Positions 28,868-41,333 are shown, counted from the stretch's first letter. The stretch is DNA of 41,918 nt from Pseudomonadota bacterium (GCA_023457475.1 JAEWLO010000068.1:1-41918), one strand, 5' to 3'. The notes: generated from the letters alone by a model not told the origin. Numbers and translations are program-made.

Positions 28868-30448
28868 ATGAATGCCGTCATCGTTGATCGCTCCCTCGAC
28901 GCGCTGCCTTCCGGCTCCGCGCTGCGCCTGACCGCGCCTCCCGCGTCCCGACGACGCGACACGCGCGGTCGCTTCATGCCGCGCTTCGACACCCATGCCG
29001 GTCAGCGGGTGCTGTTCGTGGTCTCGGAGATGGCGGATTTCGTCAAAGCCGGCGGACTGGGTGACGTGGCTGCCGCGTTGCCGCGCGCATTGCGTACCAC
29101 CTGCGATGTCCGCGTGCTCATCCCCGGTTACCCCGCCGTGCTGGAGCGCCTGCAACGGCTGGAACGCGTGGGGCAGGTGGCGGGCCGGGGCAACCTGCCG
29201 GTCTGCGAACTGGCGCGGGCCGAGCAGCACGACGGGCTGCCGGTGTACGTGCTGTTGAACCCCCATCTGTTTGAACGCGCAGGCTCGCCCTATGTGGACG
29301 AAGCGGGCAGGGAATGGAGCGACAACGCGGTGCGGTTCGCCACACTGGCCCATGCGGCGGCGGAGATCGCGGCCGGGCGGGTGGACAACGCATGGGCACC
29401 GGAGGTTCTGCACCTGAACGACTGGCCCAGCGCACTGGCGGCGGCGTATGTCCGCTGGGACGGCACGGAGGTGCCGACCCTGCTGACCATCCATAACCTG
29501 GCCTACCAGGGATTGTTCCCGCTGGACCAGGCCGCGGCGCTGGGCATTCCCGCACACCGGCTCGACGAACTCACCTTCTACGGCCAGCTGTCGTTCCTGC
29601 AGGCCGGCATCACCCACGCCACCCGGCTGAACACCGTCAGCCTGCGCTTCGCACGGCAGATCACAGCACCGGCCGATGGCTGCGGCCTGCACGACCTGCT
29701 GGCGCGGCGCGCCGCGCGCGGCCACCTGAGCGGCATTGTGAACGGCATCGACGCCAGCTGGGACCCCCGCAGCGACCGCCATCTGAGCGCGCATTTCAGC
29801 GTGCAGGCGTTCGACGGGCGGCGTCACAATGCCCAGAGCGTGCGTGAAGCCTTCGGCCTGCGCCACAGCGAGGGGCCGCTGTTCGCCGTGGTGTCGCGGC
29901 TGGTGCATCAGAAGGGCCTGGACATCAGCTGCGAGGTCGCGCCGCAGATCATCGCCGCAGGTGGCCAGCTGGTGATCATCGGCGGCGGTGAACCTGCGGT
30001 CGAGGAACAGGTGCGTGAACTGGCGCGCCGCTATCCTGGCCAGGTGGGTGCCTTCATCGGCTTCGAGGAAGGCTTGGCGCGGCAGATGTTCGCCGGCGCG
30101 GACTTCCTGCTCATGCCCTCGCGCTTTGAGCCCTGCGGCCTGAGCCAGATGTATGCCCAGCGTTTCGGTTGCCTGCCGGTGGCACATGCGACGGGTGGCC
30201 TGGTGGATACGGTGGAGGACGGCGTCACCGGCTTCCTGTTCCACCAACCGACCGCGGACGGCATGCGTCGCTGCGTGGAACGCGCCATGCGTACCTTCCG
30301 CCTGCCCGCGCTGCTGCACGCCATGCGCCGCGCGGCGATGATGCGCCCGAGTGGCTGGGACATTGCCGGTCGCCAGTACATGGACCTGTACCAGCAGGCC
30401 AGCCTGCAGATCCGTCCGCAGTCGGTGCCGGTGGCGGTGGCTGCATGA
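28868..30448 (+). CDS. glgA: Glycogen synthase (GT5)
   Basis: [50 protein letters not shown]. Start uncertain (28868 or 28976). Confidence 0.96.
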   Translation: MNAVIVDRSLDALPSGSALRLTAPPASRRRDTRGRFMPRFDTHAGQRVLFVVSEMADFVKAGGLGDVAAALPRALRTTCDVRVLIPGYPAVLERLQRLERVGQVAGRGNLPVCELARAEQHDGLPVYVLLNPHLFERAGSPYVDEAGREWSDNAVRFATLAHAAAEIAAGRVDNAWAPEVLHLNDWPSALAAAYVRWDGTEVPTLLTIHNLAYQGLFPLDQAAALGIPAHRLDELTFYGQLSFLQAGITHATRLNTVSLRFARQITAPADGCGLHDLLARRAARGHLSGIVNGIDASWDPRSDRHLSAHFSVQAFDGRRHNAQSVREAFGLRHSEGPLFAVVSRLVHQKGLDISCEVAPQIIAAGGQLVIIGGGEPAVEEQVRELARRYPGQVGAFIGFEEGLARQMFAGADFLLMPSRFEPCGLSQMYAQRFGCLPVAHATGGLVDTVEDGVTGFLFHQPTADGMRRCVERAMRTFRLPALLHAMRRAAMMRPSGWDIAGRQYMDLYQQASLQIRPQSVPVAVAA

Positions 30449-32688
30449 TGACGTTGGTGGACGCAGGAACGTTGACGACCACCGAAGGCACCCCTGACGC
30501 ACCTGGCGCATCTGACGTGGAAACGCTGGATGCGCTGACCGCGCTGGCACATGCAGCGCCGGTCGATGCCTTCGCGTGGCTTGGCACCCACCGCCGTCCG
30601 GACGGAGGAGCGCTGCTGCGGGTACTGCTGCCGGGGGCGGTCGCCGTCTCGGCCCGGACGTCATCCAGCGGCGAATGGGTCTCTTTGCCCCGCCAACCGG
30701 TCTACGGCGTCTTCGAAGGTGACATTGCCGCCGAGGGACAGCCTCCGGAACTGCGCATTGAATGGCCGCACGGCGAGCAGGTCACCCACGACCCGTACAG
30801 CTTCGGCCCCGTGCTGGAGGAAGCGGTGCTTCAGCAGTTCCGTGACGGCAGCGCCGATGCCATGCGCGCGCTCGGCGCGGTGCCTCAGCAGATAGCGGGC
30901 ATCGATGGCGTGCGGTTCGCGGTGTGGGCTCCCAACGCACACCGGGTCTCGGTGGTGGGCGATTTCAACAGCTGGGATGGGCGACGCCACCCCATGCGGC
31001 TGCGCCACACGGCCGGCGTATGGGAAGTGTTCGTGCCCGGCGTCCATGCCGGCGACCGCTACAAATTCCGGGTGACGGCCGCCGAGGGGCAGGTGCTGGC
31101 GGACAAGGCCGACCCCATGGCGCGCTGGGCCGAGCTGGCCCCGGCCACCGCCTCACGTGTGCCCGACGACACCGCGCATGAATGGCACGACCAGGCGTGG
31201 ATGCAGCAGCGCGCCAACTGGGCGCAGGCCCCTCTGTCGATCTATGAAGTGCACGCGGCATCCTGGCAGCGCGACGCGCAGGGCGAGGTGCTCGACTGGG
31301 CCGCATTGGGCGACCGCCTCATTCCGCACGTGCAGGCATTGGGGTTCACCCATATCGAGCTGCTGCCGGTGAGCGAGCATCCGTTCGGCGGCAGCTGGGG
31401 CTATCAACCGCTGGGCATCTATGCGCCCACCGCCCGGCATGGCACGCCCGCGGACTTCGCGCGTTTCGTGGACCGCTGTCACCAGGCCGGCATCGGCGTG
31501 ATCGTGGACTGGGTCAGCGCGCATTTTCCCGACGACGCGCATGGCCTGCAGCGGTTCGACGGCACCGCGCTGTACGAGCACGCGGACCCGCGTGAGGGCT
31601 TTCATGCCGACTGGCATACGCTCATCTACAACTACGGCCGCAACGAAGTGGGGGCCTATCTGCTCGGCAGCGCGCTGGAGTGGGTGGAGCGCTTCCACCT
31701 GGATGGGCTGCGCGTGGATGCGGTGGCGTCCATGCTGTATCGCGATTACAGCCGCGCCGAAGGCCAGTGGGTTCCCAACGAGCACGGCGGCCGCGAGAAC
31801 CTGCAGGCGGTGGCCTTCCTCAAGCAGATGAATGCCACGCTGCGGGCCCGGCATCCGGACGTGATGGTGATCGCCGAGGAGTCCACCGCCTGGCCGGGCG
31901 TGACCGCGCCGGTGGAGCAGGGCGGGCTCGGCTTCACCCACAAATGGAACATGGGCTGGATGCACGACACGCGGGGTTATCTGCACCGTGATCCGTCGCA
32001 TCGCCGCTATCACCACAGCGAAATCACCTTCGGGCTGGTCTACGCCTTCTCCGAGCGCTACGTGTTGCCGCTGTCGCACGATGAGGTGGTACACGGCAAG
32101 GGCTCGCTGCTCGGCGGCATGCCGGGCGACGAATGGCAGCGCTTTGCCCAGCTGCGGGCGTACTACGGGCTCATGTGGGCGCACCCGGGCAGCAAACTGC
32201 TGTTCATGGGCGGCGAGTTTGGCCAGTCGCGGGAGTGGTGCCACGACCGCGGCCTGGACTGGGACGAGGCCGGCCAACCGGCCAACCAGGGGCTGATGCG
32301 CCTGCTGGGCGACCTCAACAGCGTGCTCCGCACGCAACCGGCGTGCCACCGGGCCGAGCAGAACGAGGCCAGTTTCAGCTGGAGCGTGGGCGACGACCAG
32401 GCCAACAGCGTGTTTGCCTTCGTCCGCCACGATCCTGATGGCGACGCGCCGCCGTTGCTGGTGGTGACCAACCTCACCCCGGTCGTGCGGCACGGTTATC
32501 GTGTTGGCGTGCCGCAGGGTGGTCGCTGGCAGGAACTGCTCAACACCGACAGCACGCATTACGGCGGCAGCGACGTCGGAAACGCCGGTGGGGTGCTGGC
32601 CGAGGCCCGGCCGATGCACGGGCAGGCCCACTCCGTCCTGCTCACCCTGCCGCCGCTTGCCACCGTTTACCTGCAGGCCGACGCATGA
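30445..32688 (+). CDS. glgB: 1,4-alpha-glucan branching enzyme (GH13)
   Basis: [47 protein letters not shown] overlap with glgA. Confidence 0.97.
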   Translation: MMTLVDAGTLTTTEGTPDAPGASDVETLDALTALAHAAPVDAFAWLGTHRRPDGGALLRVLLPGAVAVSARTSSSGEWVSLPRQPVYGVFEGDIAAEGQPPELRIEWPHGEQVTHDPYSFGPVLEEAVLQQFRDGSADAMRALGAVPQQIAGIDGVRFAVWAPNAHRVSVVGDFNSWDGRRHPMRLRHTAGVWEVFVPGVHAGDRYKFRVTAAEGQVLADKADPMARWAELAPATASRVPDDTAHEWHDQAWMQQRANWAQAPLSIYEVHAASWQRDAQGEVLDWAALGDRLIPHVQALGFTHIELLPVSEHPFGGSWGYQPLGIYAPTARHGTPADFARFVDRCHQAGIGVIVDWVSAHFPDDAHGLQRFDGTALYEHADPREGFHADWHTLIYNYGRNEVGAYLLGSALEWVERFHLDGLRVDAVASMLYRDYSRAEGQWVPNEHGGRENLQAVAFLKQMNATLRARHPDVMVIAEESTAWPGVTAPVEQGGLGFTHKWNMGWMHDTRGYLHRDPSHRRYHHSEITFGLVYAFSERYVLPLSHDEVVHGKGSLLGGMPGDEWQRFAQLRAYYGLMWAHPGSKLLFMGGEFGQSREWCHDRGLDWDEAGQPANQGLMRLLGDLNSVLRTQPACHRAEQNEASFSWSVGDDQANSVFAFVRHDPDGDAPPLLVVTNLTPVVRHGYRVGVPQGGRWQELLNTDSTHYGGSDVGNAGGVLAEARPMHGQAHSVLLTLPPLATVYLQADA

Positions 32689-34448
32689 GCGCCGCGCCGG
32701 AGCGACTGGGAGCCTGGCCGCTCCCGGACGGGCGGGTACGCTTCCGGCTCTGGGCTCCGGCGGCCCGCGAAGTGGCGCTGGTGCTCAGCGGCGAGGACCT
32801 GCCCATGCAACCAGAGGGCGACGGGTGTTTCGTTGCGGACGCCGCCGCGCCTTCCGGCGCACCTTACCGGTTCCGCATCGATGGCGACGCACAGGTGGCA
32901 GACCCTGCCTCCCGCTGGCAGCCGCACGGCGTGGACGGTGCCAGTGCCGTGCTGCCCTGCGACGGTCATGCCTGGTCCACCCCGGAATGGCGCGGCCGTC
33001 CCTGGAACGAGCTGGTCATCTACGAGGTGCATGCCGGGTGCAATGACGGTTATGCGGGTCTGCGCGCGCAGCTGCCTGCGCTGGCGGCCATGGGCATCAC
33101 CGCGCTGGAACTGATGCCGGTGGCGCAGTTCCCGGGCCGGCGCAACTGGGGCTACGACGGCGTGTTTCCCTACGCACCCGCCGAGGTCTATGGCACGCCC
33201 GACGCGCTCAAGGCGCTGGTGGACGACGCCCATGCGCAGGGCATGGCCGTGCTGCTGGACGTGGTCTACAACCACTTCGGTCCGCAGGGCAACCAGCTCG
33301 CGCAGTACGCGCCCGGCTTCTTCATTGCCGACAGCCACACCCCCTGGGGGCAGGGGATCGACTTCCACCAGCCCCAGGTGCAGCGCTTCTTCATCGACAA
33401 CGCGCTGATGTGGCTGCAGGAATACCGCTTCGACGGGCTGCGCCTCGATGCGGTCCACGCGATCGCACCGCAGGATTTCCTCACCCAGCTCTCCGCCGCC
33501 GTACGCGCGGCGGTGCCGCAGGAGCGGCACGTGCACCTCGTGCTCGAGAACGAGCGCAACCAGGCGCACTGGTTGCGCGAAGGCAGCTATCGGGCCCAGT
33601 GGAACGACGATTTCCACAACGCGCTGCATGTGCTGCTGACCGGCGAAAATGAAGGGTATTACGCCGATTTTGCCGCCGACTATGCCGGCCACGGTCGCGC
33701 CGCATCATTGCTGGCGCGGTGCCTGCGCGAAGGCTTTGCCTGGCAGGGCGAAGCCAACGGCGCAGGCGAGCGGCGGGGCGAGCCCAGTGGCGACCTCAGC
33801 CCCGACCATTTCGTGGTCTTCGCCCAGAACCATGACCAGGTCGGCAACCGTGCGTTGGGCGAACGTCTTTCAACGCTGGTGGACCCGTCGCTGGCGCGTC
33901 TCGCCACCGCGCTGACCCTGCTGGTACCGATGGTGCCGCTGTTGTTCATGGGCGAGCCGTGGCAGGCGCGCACGCCGTTCCTGTTCTTCACCGATTACCT
34001 GCCGCCACTGGACGCCGCAGTGCGCGAAGGACGCCGGCGCGAGTTCGCTGCATTCAGCGCATTCGCCGATCCCGACGCGCGCGCCCGCATTCCCGACCCC
34101 AACGACCCGGCCACGTTCGCCGCGTCGAAGGTGCGGTTGCCGGCCGACGATGATGCCGAGGCCGCTGCCACCCTCGCGTGGTTCACGCACCTGCTGGCAC
34201 TGCGCAGGCAGTGCCTGCAACCCGGCCTGGCCCAGGCACGTTCCCTGGGCACCCGGATTCTGGGCGAACAGGCCGTGCAGGCAGGTTGGCAGCTGCCACA
34301 GGGCGAATGGTGGCTGGCCTTCAACGCCGGCCCTGCCGAGGTGCCGCACGGTCTGCCGGTCGGCACGCTGCTGGTCGGCGAAGGCGAAAGCAACGCGCAT
34401 GTGCTGGGCCCCGGTGGCAGCCTGCGCGTGCACTGGGTGACGCGATGA
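32685..34448 (+). CDS. treZ: Malto-oligosyltrehalose trehalohydrolase
   Basis: [47 protein letters not shown]. Confidence 0.96.
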   Translation: MSAAPERLGAWPLPDGRVRFRLWAPAAREVALVLSGEDLPMQPEGDGCFVADAAAPSGAPYRFRIDGDAQVADPASRWQPHGVDGASAVLPCDGHAWSTPEWRGRPWNELVIYEVHAGCNDGYAGLRAQLPALAAMGITALELMPVAQFPGRRNWGYDGVFPYAPAEVYGTPDALKALVDDAHAQGMAVLLDVVYNHFGPQGNQLAQYAPGFFIADSHTPWGQGIDFHQPQVQRFFIDNALMWLQEYRFDGLRLDAVHAIAPQDFLTQLSAAVRAAVPQERHVHLVLENERNQAHWLREGSYRAQWNDDFHNALHVLLTGENEGYYADFAADYAGHGRAASLLARCLREGFAWQGEANGAGERRGEPSGDLSPDHFVVFAQNHDQVGNRALGERLSTLVDPSLARLATALTLLVPMVPLLFMGEPWQARTPFLFFTDYLPPLDAAVREGRRREFAAFSAFADPDARARIPDPNDPATFAASKVRLPADDDAEAAATLAWFTHLLALRRQCLQPGLAQARSLGTRILGEQAVQAGWQLPQGEWWLAFNAGPAEVPHGLPVGTLLVGEGESNAHVLGPGGSLRVHWVTR

Positions 34449-36256
34449 ACGCACCCGATACCGCACTGCGCACGCGCGCCGAAAAGGCGGGGCTGCGCGT
34501 GGACTGGACCGACGTCACCGGCGCGCCACAGGTGGTGTCCGCCGCCGTGCTCGACAGCGTGCTGGCGCTGCTCCCGCCCGTCGACCCTGACCTGGCACCG
34601 CCACTGCTGACCACCACAACCGGCGCACCGGTCGAGATTCCAGGCAGCCACGACGGCGGTGCGAGCTGGGTGTTGAGTAACGGCGAAGCGCTTCCTGCCG
34701 TGCGCCAGGCACAGGGTGCCTGGACCGCCCCGACGCAACCCGGTTACTGGGAATGGCAGCAGGAAGGGCGGCGGCAACGCGTTGCCGTGGCACCGGCGCG
34801 GGCGTTCTACCCCGATGCGGACGCTGCGCCACGGCACTGGGGGCTGGCGGCCCAGGTCTACAGCCTGCGGCAGGCCGGCGACGGCGGCATCGGCGACAGC
34901 AGTGGCGCAAGCCGCTGGCTGGAGCAGGTGGTCGCCCACGGAGGCGATGCACTGGCGCTCAGCCCCATCCATGCCGCCATGCCGCTGCGCGCTGGCTACA
35001 GCCCGTATTCGCCCAGCGACCGCACGCAGCTGGAAGCGCTGCATGGGGCGCCGCTGCAGGTGCTGCCGGAGGCCGCGGCCGCCGTGCGTGCCGCCGATGC
35101 CGCGCTGGACGCGCGCCTGTCCCAGCACGAGCAGGCGGCCTGCATCGACTGGCCCGCCGCCGCAGCGGCCAAGCAGCAATGGATAGACGCGTTGCCCGGG
35201 TGGCTGCGGCAGCATGACCCGGTGCGGTGGCGTCGCATTGCGGCGGATCTGGACGAGACGGGCGAGACGTTCGGCACCTGGCTGGCCCGCTGCAGCTGGA
35301 CCCAGGTGCAGCAGCAGGCGCGCAGGCAGGGGCTTGCCATCGGCCTGATCGCCGACCTGGCCGTTGGCTTCGATCCGCTCGGCGCGGAAGCGCAGCGCCA
35401 CGAAACGGCGGTACTGCGTGGGCTGGAACTGGGCGCGCCGCCCGATGCCTTCAACCCGCAGGGTCAGGCCTGGGGCATTACCGGTTACGCACCGCACGCG
35501 TTGCGGGCGCAGGGGTATGCCCCGTTCATCACGTTGCTGCGCGCGGTGATGGCCGACCGGGGCGGCATCCGCATCGACCACATCCTCGGCCTCAACCGGT
35601 TGTGGGTGCTGCCGCAGGGTGCCGGCGCAGGGCAGGGCGTGTACCTGGAGTATCCCTTCGCCGATCTCATCAACCTGCTGGTGCTCGAATCGTGGCGTAA
35701 CCGGTGCGTGGTCATCGGCGAAGACCTGGGCGTGGTGCCGCCCGGCATCCGCGCGACGTTGGCCGGGCGCGGCATTCTGGGTATCGACGTGCTGGCGTTC
35801 AGTCGTGACGCGACAGGCTTCTGGCCGTCCGCACGCTGGCGCTCCAGCGCGGTGGCCATGACCTCGACCCACGACCTGCCGCCGGTGGCCGGCTGGCTGG
35901 CCGGTCGCGACCTCGACTGGCATCACCGCCTGGGCTGGTCGGACGCAGCGGGTTCGCACAGACAGCGGGAAGAGCGCGAACGCCAACGGCAGCAGCTGGC
36001 GACCGTCGCGGCCGGGCAGGGGCTGCCGACAGACGACCTGCACCGTGCCGCACTCGCGATCACCGCGCGCTCGCCGGCACCGCTGGCGCTGTTGCCGCTG
36101 GAAGACGCGCTGGGCGAGACCGAGCAACCCAATCTTCCCGGCACCGTGCAGCAGCACCCGAACTGGCAGTGCCGCTTGCCCGCCGCGCCGGATGCGGCTG
36201 CATCGGAGCGGATGGCGCAGTTCGCCGTGCAGCGTCGGCAAGGAGGAGCGGCATGA
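34445..36256 (+). CDS. malQ: 4-alpha-glucanotransferase (GH77)
   Basis: GGIGD, SPYSPS, DLAVG, GAPPD, RIDHILG, IGEDLG, STHDLP, NLPGT...NW; ATGA overlap with treZ. Confidence 0.93.
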   Translation: MNAPDTALRTRAEKAGLRVDWTDVTGAPQVVSAAVLDSVLALLPPVDPDLAPPLLTTTTGAPVEIPGSHDGGASWVLSNGEALPAVRQAQGAWTAPTQPGYWEWQQEGRRQRVAVAPARAFYPDADAAPRHWGLAAQVYSLRQAGDGGIGDSSGASRWLEQVVAHGGDALALSPIHAAMPLRAGYSPYSPSDRTQLEALHGAPLQVLPEAAAAVRAADAALDARLSQHEQAACIDWPAAAAAKQQWIDALPGWLRQHDPVRWRRIAADLDETGETFGTWLARCSWTQVQQQARRQGLAIGLIADLAVGFDPLGAEAQRHETAVLRGLELGAPPDAFNPQGQAWGITGYAPHALRAQGYAPFITLLRAVMADRGGIRIDHILGLNRLWVLPQGAGAGQGVYLEYPFADLINLLVLESWRNRCVVIGEDLGVVPPGIRATLAGRGILGIDVLAFSRDATGFWPSARWRSSAVAMTSTHDLPPVAGWLAGRDLDWHHRLGWSDAAGSHRQREERERQRQQLATVAAGQGLPTDDLHRAALAITARSPAPLALLPLEDALGETEQPNLPGTVQQHPNWQCRLPAAPDAAASERMAQFAVQRRQGGAA

Positions 36257-38826
36257 CCCCGTTGCGGGCAACCATTCGGCTGCAGCTGCATGCCGGCTTC
36301 GACTTCAGCGCCGCGCAGGCGCAGCTCGACTATTTCGCCGACCTCGGCATCAGTCACCTGTATCTTTCGCCGATTGCCGAAGCGATGCCGGGCTCCACCC
36401 ACGGCTACGACGGCATCGATCCCACCCGCGTCAGCGCCGCGTTGGGCGGCGAGGGCGGCTTCGTGCGGTTGGCCCAGGCCGCACGTGCACAGGGCATGGG
36501 CATCCTGCTCGACATCGTGCCCAATCATCTCGCGGCCGATGTACGCAATCCCTGGTGGGCGGACGTGCTGGCGAACGGCCGGCGCAGCGCGTATGCAGAC
36601 TGGTTCGACATCGACTGGGAGGCACCCGGGTGCAACGGCCAGCTGTGGCTGCCGGTACTGGATCGACCGCTGGATGAGCTGCTCGCTGAGGGCGTGATCC
36701 GTGTCGAACCCGGATCCCAAGGCCCGCAGCTGGCGTACGGCGAGCACTACTGGCCGCTGTCCCCGCTGGGTATTCCGGAAGCGCCGGGCGCACAGATGGA
36801 GTGGATCGCCCGCAGCAACCAGAGCCCGACCCACCTGCAGCGTCTGCTCGACCATCAGGCGTATCGACTGGCGTGGTGGCGCAGTGGGCCGGACCGGGTG
36901 AACTACCGGCGCTTCTTCGATATCAATCAGCTGGCCGCAGTACGCGTGGAGCGCCCGGCGGCGTACGACGCCATGCACGCCTTGCCGCTGCGGCTGGTGC
37001 GCGAGGGCTGGGTGGATGGGCTGCGCATCGACCATGTCGATGGCCTGGCCGACCCAGCGGGGTATCTGCAAACCCTTCGCCATAACCTGGACGAAGCGGG
37101 TGCCGTGCGGGGACTGCCTCCCGGCGCACTCAGCCTGCACGTGGAGAAGATCCTGGCGGAAGGCGAATCCCTGCCGGAGGGCTGGCCCTGCGACGGCACC
37201 ACGGGTTACGACTTCATGGACCAGGTCGGTGCGCTGCTGCATGACCCGCGTGGCCAACCTGCGTTCGACACGTTCTGGACGCAGGTCTCCGGCTCGCGTG
37301 AGCGTTTCCCCTCCGTGCAACGCCAGGCCCGCACGGAACTGCTGGGCTCCACGCTGCAGGCGGATATGGACCGGTGCCTGCGCCAGCTACAGGCAGCCGT
37401 GCAGCACGAGGGCGCAACGGGCGACCTCACCCCGCGCATGTACGAACGCGCCACGCAGGCGTTGTTGCGGCACTTCCCGGTCTACCGCAGCTATGGCATG
37501 GCGTCGGCGACGGATCAGCAGGTACTGCGGCAGGCAGCCGAGGCGGCCCGTGCCGAACTCGACGCGGGCGACCGTGCGGCGTTGACCCGGGTCTGCAGCG
37601 CATTGGGCCACGAGCACGGGGAGGAGACCGAGGCACGGTCGACGCTGCGTACCCGCATCGAACAACTGGCGGCACCGCTCAACGCCAAAGCGGTGGAAGA
37701 CACCGCTTTCTATCGATATGGCCGGCTGCTGTCACGCAATGAAGTGGGAAGCGACCCCGACTACTTCGCACTCACCCCTTCGGCCTTCGTCGCCCGCGCA
37801 ACCGAACGGGGCACGCGCTTCCCGCGCGCAATGCTGGCGCTGGCCACCCACGACCACAAGCGTGGGCCGGACGCGCGCATGCGCCTGGCCCTGCTGTCCG
37901 CACGCCCGCAGCCCTGGCACAACGCCCTGTGCCGCTGGCAGCGTGAAGGCAGTGCGCAGGGCCATCCGCTGCCGCTGCCCGGCGCAGAAGCCTACATGCT
38001 CTGGCAGACGCTGCTGTCTGCGTGGCCACTTCAGCGCGACAGCGTCGATGCCGACTTCGCCGCACGCATCGCCGAGTGGCTGCGCAAGGCGCTGCGCGAG
38101 GGCAAGCGGCTCAGCCGCTGGAGCGACCCGAACGAAGCACTCGAGCGGGCGGCCGTCAGCTGGGTGGAATGGCTGTGCGGTGCACCGACGGCGCAGGCCC
38201 TGCGCGACGACGTGCACGCCTTCGTCGAGATCATCGCAGCGGACGCGGCGCGGCTGTCGCTGGCACAGCTGGCGCTGCAGCTCAGCTGCCCGGGCGTGCC
38301 CGACCTCTACCAGGGCAACGAGGGCTGGGACACCAGCCTGGTCGACCCGGACAACCGCCGGCCGGTGGACTATCAACAGCGCCGCGACTGGCGTGCCGAT
38401 CGCCGCCCATGGGCGGCCTTGCTGGCGGACTGGCACAGCGGTGCGCCCAAGGCGCGCCTGCTCGGTGTGCTGCTGCAGCTGCGCCGCGCGCAGCCGCTGC
38501 TGTTCGCGCAGGGCATCCTGCACCGGATCGACACCGGCGCGGACGACCTGCTGGTGTTCACCCGGCAGCGGCAACAGCAGGTGCTGCTGGTGGCCGTGTC
38601 TGTCCGGCCCGCTGCGGAGGCCGAGGGCCCTGCGCCCCCCGGCCTGGCGGCCGGCAACGACCCTCGCATGCTGCACCTGGCCGGTGTACCCGCCGGCCAC
38701 TACCGAAACCTGCTGGAAGGCGCGTCGTGGACGCATGCCGGCCACGCCGTTCCCGCAGACACCCTGTTCAACAACAGCCCCCTGGCCCTCTGGATTCGAG
38801 ACGTGGAGCAGCAAGATGGAACATGA
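36253..38826 (+). CDS. treY: Malto-oligosyltrehalose synthase
   Basis: GSTHGYD, DIVPNH, NYRRFFD, GLRIDHVDGL, GTTGYDF, ATHDHKRG, VDPDNRRPVDY. Confidence 0.96.
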   Translation: MTPLRATIRLQLHAGFDFSAAQAQLDYFADLGISHLYLSPIAEAMPGSTHGYDGIDPTRVSAALGGEGGFVRLAQAARAQGMGILLDIVPNHLAADVRNPWWADVLANGRRSAYADWFDIDWEAPGCNGQLWLPVLDRPLDELLAEGVIRVEPGSQGPQLAYGEHYWPLSPLGIPEAPGAQMEWIARSNQSPTHLQRLLDHQAYRLAWWRSGPDRVNYRRFFDINQLAAVRVERPAAYDAMHALPLRLVREGWVDGLRIDHVDGLADPAGYLQTLRHNLDEAGAVRGLPPGALSLHVEKILAEGESLPEGWPCDGTTGYDFMDQVGALLHDPRGQPAFDTFWTQVSGSRERFPSVQRQARTELLGSTLQADMDRCLRQLQAAVQHEGATGDLTPRMYERATQALLRHFPVYRSYGMASATDQQVLRQAAEAARAELDAGDRAALTRVCSALGHEHGEETEARSTLRTRIEQLAAPLNAKAVEDTAFYRYGRLLSRNEVGSDPDYFALTPSAFVARATERGTRFPRAMLALATHDHKRGPDARMRLALLSARPQPWHNALCRWQREGSAQGHPLPLPGAEAYMLWQTLLSAWPLQRDSVDADFAARIAEWLRKALREGKRLSRWSDPNEALERAAVSWVEWLCGAPTAQALRDDVHAFVEIIAADAARLSLAQLALQLSCPGVPDLYQGNEGWDTSLVDPDNRRPVDYQQRRDWRADRRPWAALLADWHSGAPKARLLGVLLQLRRAQPLLFAQGILHRIDTGADDLLVFTRQRQQQVLLVAVSVRPAAEAEGPAPPGLAAGNDPRMLHLAGVPAGHYRNLLEGASWTHAGHAVPADTLFNNSPLALWIRDVEQQDGT

Positions 38827-38995
38827 AGAGCGCCAACAACGCACTGAGCACCTGGCGCACCAGATCTGGGAGGCCGAAGGTCGCCCTGAAGGGCAGCAGG
38901 AACGCCACTGGCACATGGCCGAGCGCCTGGTAGAGGCCGAACTGGCCGTGCGGCAGCTGCCGGCAGAGAGCGGAGACACGCATGGCCAGCCGTGA
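38816..38995 (+). CDS. DUF2934-family small protein
   Basis: AHQIWEAEGRPEGQQERHWHMAE; overlaps the treY end and the glgX start. Confidence 0.88.
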   Translation: MEHEERQQRTEHLAHQIWEAEGRPEGQQERHWHMAERLVEAELAVRQLPAESGDTHGQP

Positions 38996-41102
38996 CCGCA
39001 TCCAGCAGCGCTCGCGCGTGCGTGAGGGACGTCCGTATCCGCTGGGCGCCACCTGGGACGGCCTCGGGGTGAACTTCGCACTGTACTCGCGCCACGCCAC
39101 CAAAGTAGAGCTGTGCCTGTTTGACGCACGTGGGCGCGAGCAGGAGCGCATCGTTCTTCCGGAATACACCGACGAGATCTGGCACGGCTACCTGCCCGAC
39201 GCACGTCCTGGCCAGCGCTATGGCTACCGCGTGCATGGCCCTTATGCGCCGGAAGCCGGGCACCGCTTCAATCCCAACAAGCTGCTGCTGGACCCCTATG
39301 CCAAGCAGATTGTGGGCGAGATCAAGTGGGCCCCACATCTGTTCGGTTACACCCTGGGCCATCGCGACGCAGACCGCAGCTTCGACCGCCGTGACAGCGC
39401 CAACTACATGCCGAAGTGTGCGGTGATCGATCCCGCCTACAGCTGGGGCAACGAACGCGCACCGGCCACACCGTGGGAAAACACGGTCATCTACGAGGCA
39501 CATGTGCGCGGCCTCACCATGCAGCACCCGCAGATTCCGGACGGCGAGCGCGGCACCTTCTCGGCGCTGCGCAACGATGCACTGGTTGACCACCTGAAGT
39601 ATCTCGGCGTCACCGCCATCGAGCTGCTGCCCGTGCACGCCTTCATCGACGACCAGCACCTGCTGGAGAAGGGCCTGCGCAACTACTGGGGCTACAACAG
39701 CATCGGTTTCTTCGCCCCGCACCCGCGCTATCTTTCGCTGGCCACGGTGGCCGAGTTCAAGCAGATGGTGGCGCGGCTGCACGATGCAGGCCTGGAAGTG
39801 ATCCTGGACGTGGTCTACAACCACACTGCCGAAGGCAACGAGCTGGGCCCGACCCTGTCGTTCAAGGGCATCGACAACGCCAGCTACTACCGCCTCGCCG
39901 AGGACCGGCGCTACTACATCAACGACACCGGTACCGGTAACACCTTCGACCTGACCAACGCCGGCGCGCTGCGCATGGTGATGGACTCGCTGCGCTACTG
40001 GGTGACCGAGATGCGGGTGGATGGATTCCGCTTCGACCTGGCCACCATCCTCGGCCGCGAGCGGCATGGTTTCGATGCCTCCGGCAGCTTCCTCGACGCG
40101 GTGCGCCAGGACCCCATCCTGGGCCAGGTGAAGCTGATTGCCGAACCGTGGGACATCGGGCCGGGCGGTTACCAGCTGGGCAACTTCGCCCCCGGCTGGG
40201 CCGAATGGAACGACCGCTTCCGTGACACCACGCGCGGGCTGTGGCGGGGTGACGCCGGGCAACTGGCCGACTTCGCCACGCGCTTCAACGGTTCCGCCGA
40301 CCTGTTCGATCATCAGGGCCGACGTCCCTCGTCCAGCGTCAACTTCATCACCGCGCATGACGGCTTCACCCTGCGCGACCTGGTCAGCTACGAGCACAAG
40401 CACAACGACGCCAACGGCGAAGACAACCGTGACGGCCACGAGCACAACCTCTCCTGCAATCACGGGGTGGAGGGAGACACGGACGACGCGACCGTGGTGT
40501 CCATCCGCGGCCAGCAGATGCGCAACCTGCTGGCCAGCCTGCTGCTGGCCCAGGGCACGCCGATGCTGCTGGCCGGCGACGAGTTCGGCCATAGCCAACA
40601 GGGCAACAACAACGCCTACTGCCAGGACAACCCGCTGAGCTGGATTGACTGGGAAAAGGCCGCGCAGCCCGGTGCCCAGGCTCAGGCCGCGTTCGTGCGA
40701 CGCGTGCTCAGCCTGCGCCGCCGCTACGGCCTGCTGCGCCGCAACCGGTTCCTACGGGGGGAAGTGGACGCCGAACTGGGCGTTGCCGACATCCGCTGGT
40801 GCCGGCCGGACGGCCAGCCCATGCAGGAGTCTGACTGGCACGACGGCGAACAGCGCGCCCTGGGCATCGTGCTGGATGGCCGCAGCCCCGATACGGGCCT
40901 GCGCCAGCCGGGCCGGCATGTCAGCCTGGCGTTGCTGTTGAATGCCGGCGATGCAGCGGTGCGCTTCGCGGTAGGCGACGACAGCCTCGACTTCCGCAAG
41001 GTGCTGCTGCAGACCCCGGAAGCACCGCTGCAGGCAGACGAGCAGGGCGGCTGGACGCTGCCGGCAAAGAGCCTGTGCCTGCTGGCGGCGAGCAGCGTTT
41101 GA
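38982..41102 (+). CDS. glgX: Glycogen debranching enzyme (isoamylase)
   Basis: PYPLGATWDG, KLLLDPYAK, NYWGY, DVVYNHTAEG, DGFRFDLA, IAEPWD, NFITAHDGFTL. Confidence 0.97.
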   Translation: MASRDRIQQRSRVREGRPYPLGATWDGLGVNFALYSRHATKVELCLFDARGREQERIVLPEYTDEIWHGYLPDARPGQRYGYRVHGPYAPEAGHRFNPNKLLLDPYAKQIVGEIKWAPHLFGYTLGHRDADRSFDRRDSANYMPKCAVIDPAYSWGNERAPATPWENTVIYEAHVRGLTMQHPQIPDGERGTFSALRNDALVDHLKYLGVTAIELLPVHAFIDDQHLLEKGLRNYWGYNSIGFFAPHPRYLSLATVAEFKQMVARLHDAGLEVILDVVYNHTAEGNELGPTLSFKGIDNASYYRLAEDRRYYINDTGTGNTFDLTNAGALRMVMDSLRYWVTEMRVDGFRFDLATILGRERHGFDASGSFLDAVRQDPILGQVKLIAEPWDIGPGGYQLGNFAPGWAEWNDRFRDTTRGLWRGDAGQLADFATRFNGSADLFDHQGRRPSSSVNFITAHDGFTLRDLVSYEHKHNDANGEDNRDGHEHNLSCNHGVEGDTDDATVVSIRGQQMRNLLASLLLAQGTPMLLAGDEFGHSQQGNNNAYCQDNPLSWIDWEKAAQPGAQAQAAFVRRVLSLRRRYGLLRRNRFLRGEVDAELGVADIRWCRPDGQPMQESDWHDGEQRALGIVLDGRSPDTGLRQPGRHVSLALLLNAGDAAVRFAVGDDSLDFRKVLLQTPEAPLQADEQGGWTLPAKSLCLLAASSV

Positions 41103-41333
41103 TGCGCGGTGTGTGCCGGGAGCGACAGTGTTGCGAGCGAGGCGCTCGATTTTTTCGAGCGTTCGAATGCGATAGAACTGCGACCTAGTGCCTAGCTAAA
41201 TGCGTGCTGGAACACGAAATTTCTCGAAACGATTCGTTTGCGACACGCATATCGCCCGGCATTCCGCAGCCAACGACACGGCCCGAACAAGGTCGCGTTC
41301 CAGTAGGCTCACGTCTGTCGCATGGTGTGCCTT

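Noticed and set aside
41143..41161. CGCTCGA-TTTTT-TCGAGCG hairpin after glgX as a terminator
   Set aside because: The T-run is in the loop rather than after the stem; weak support.
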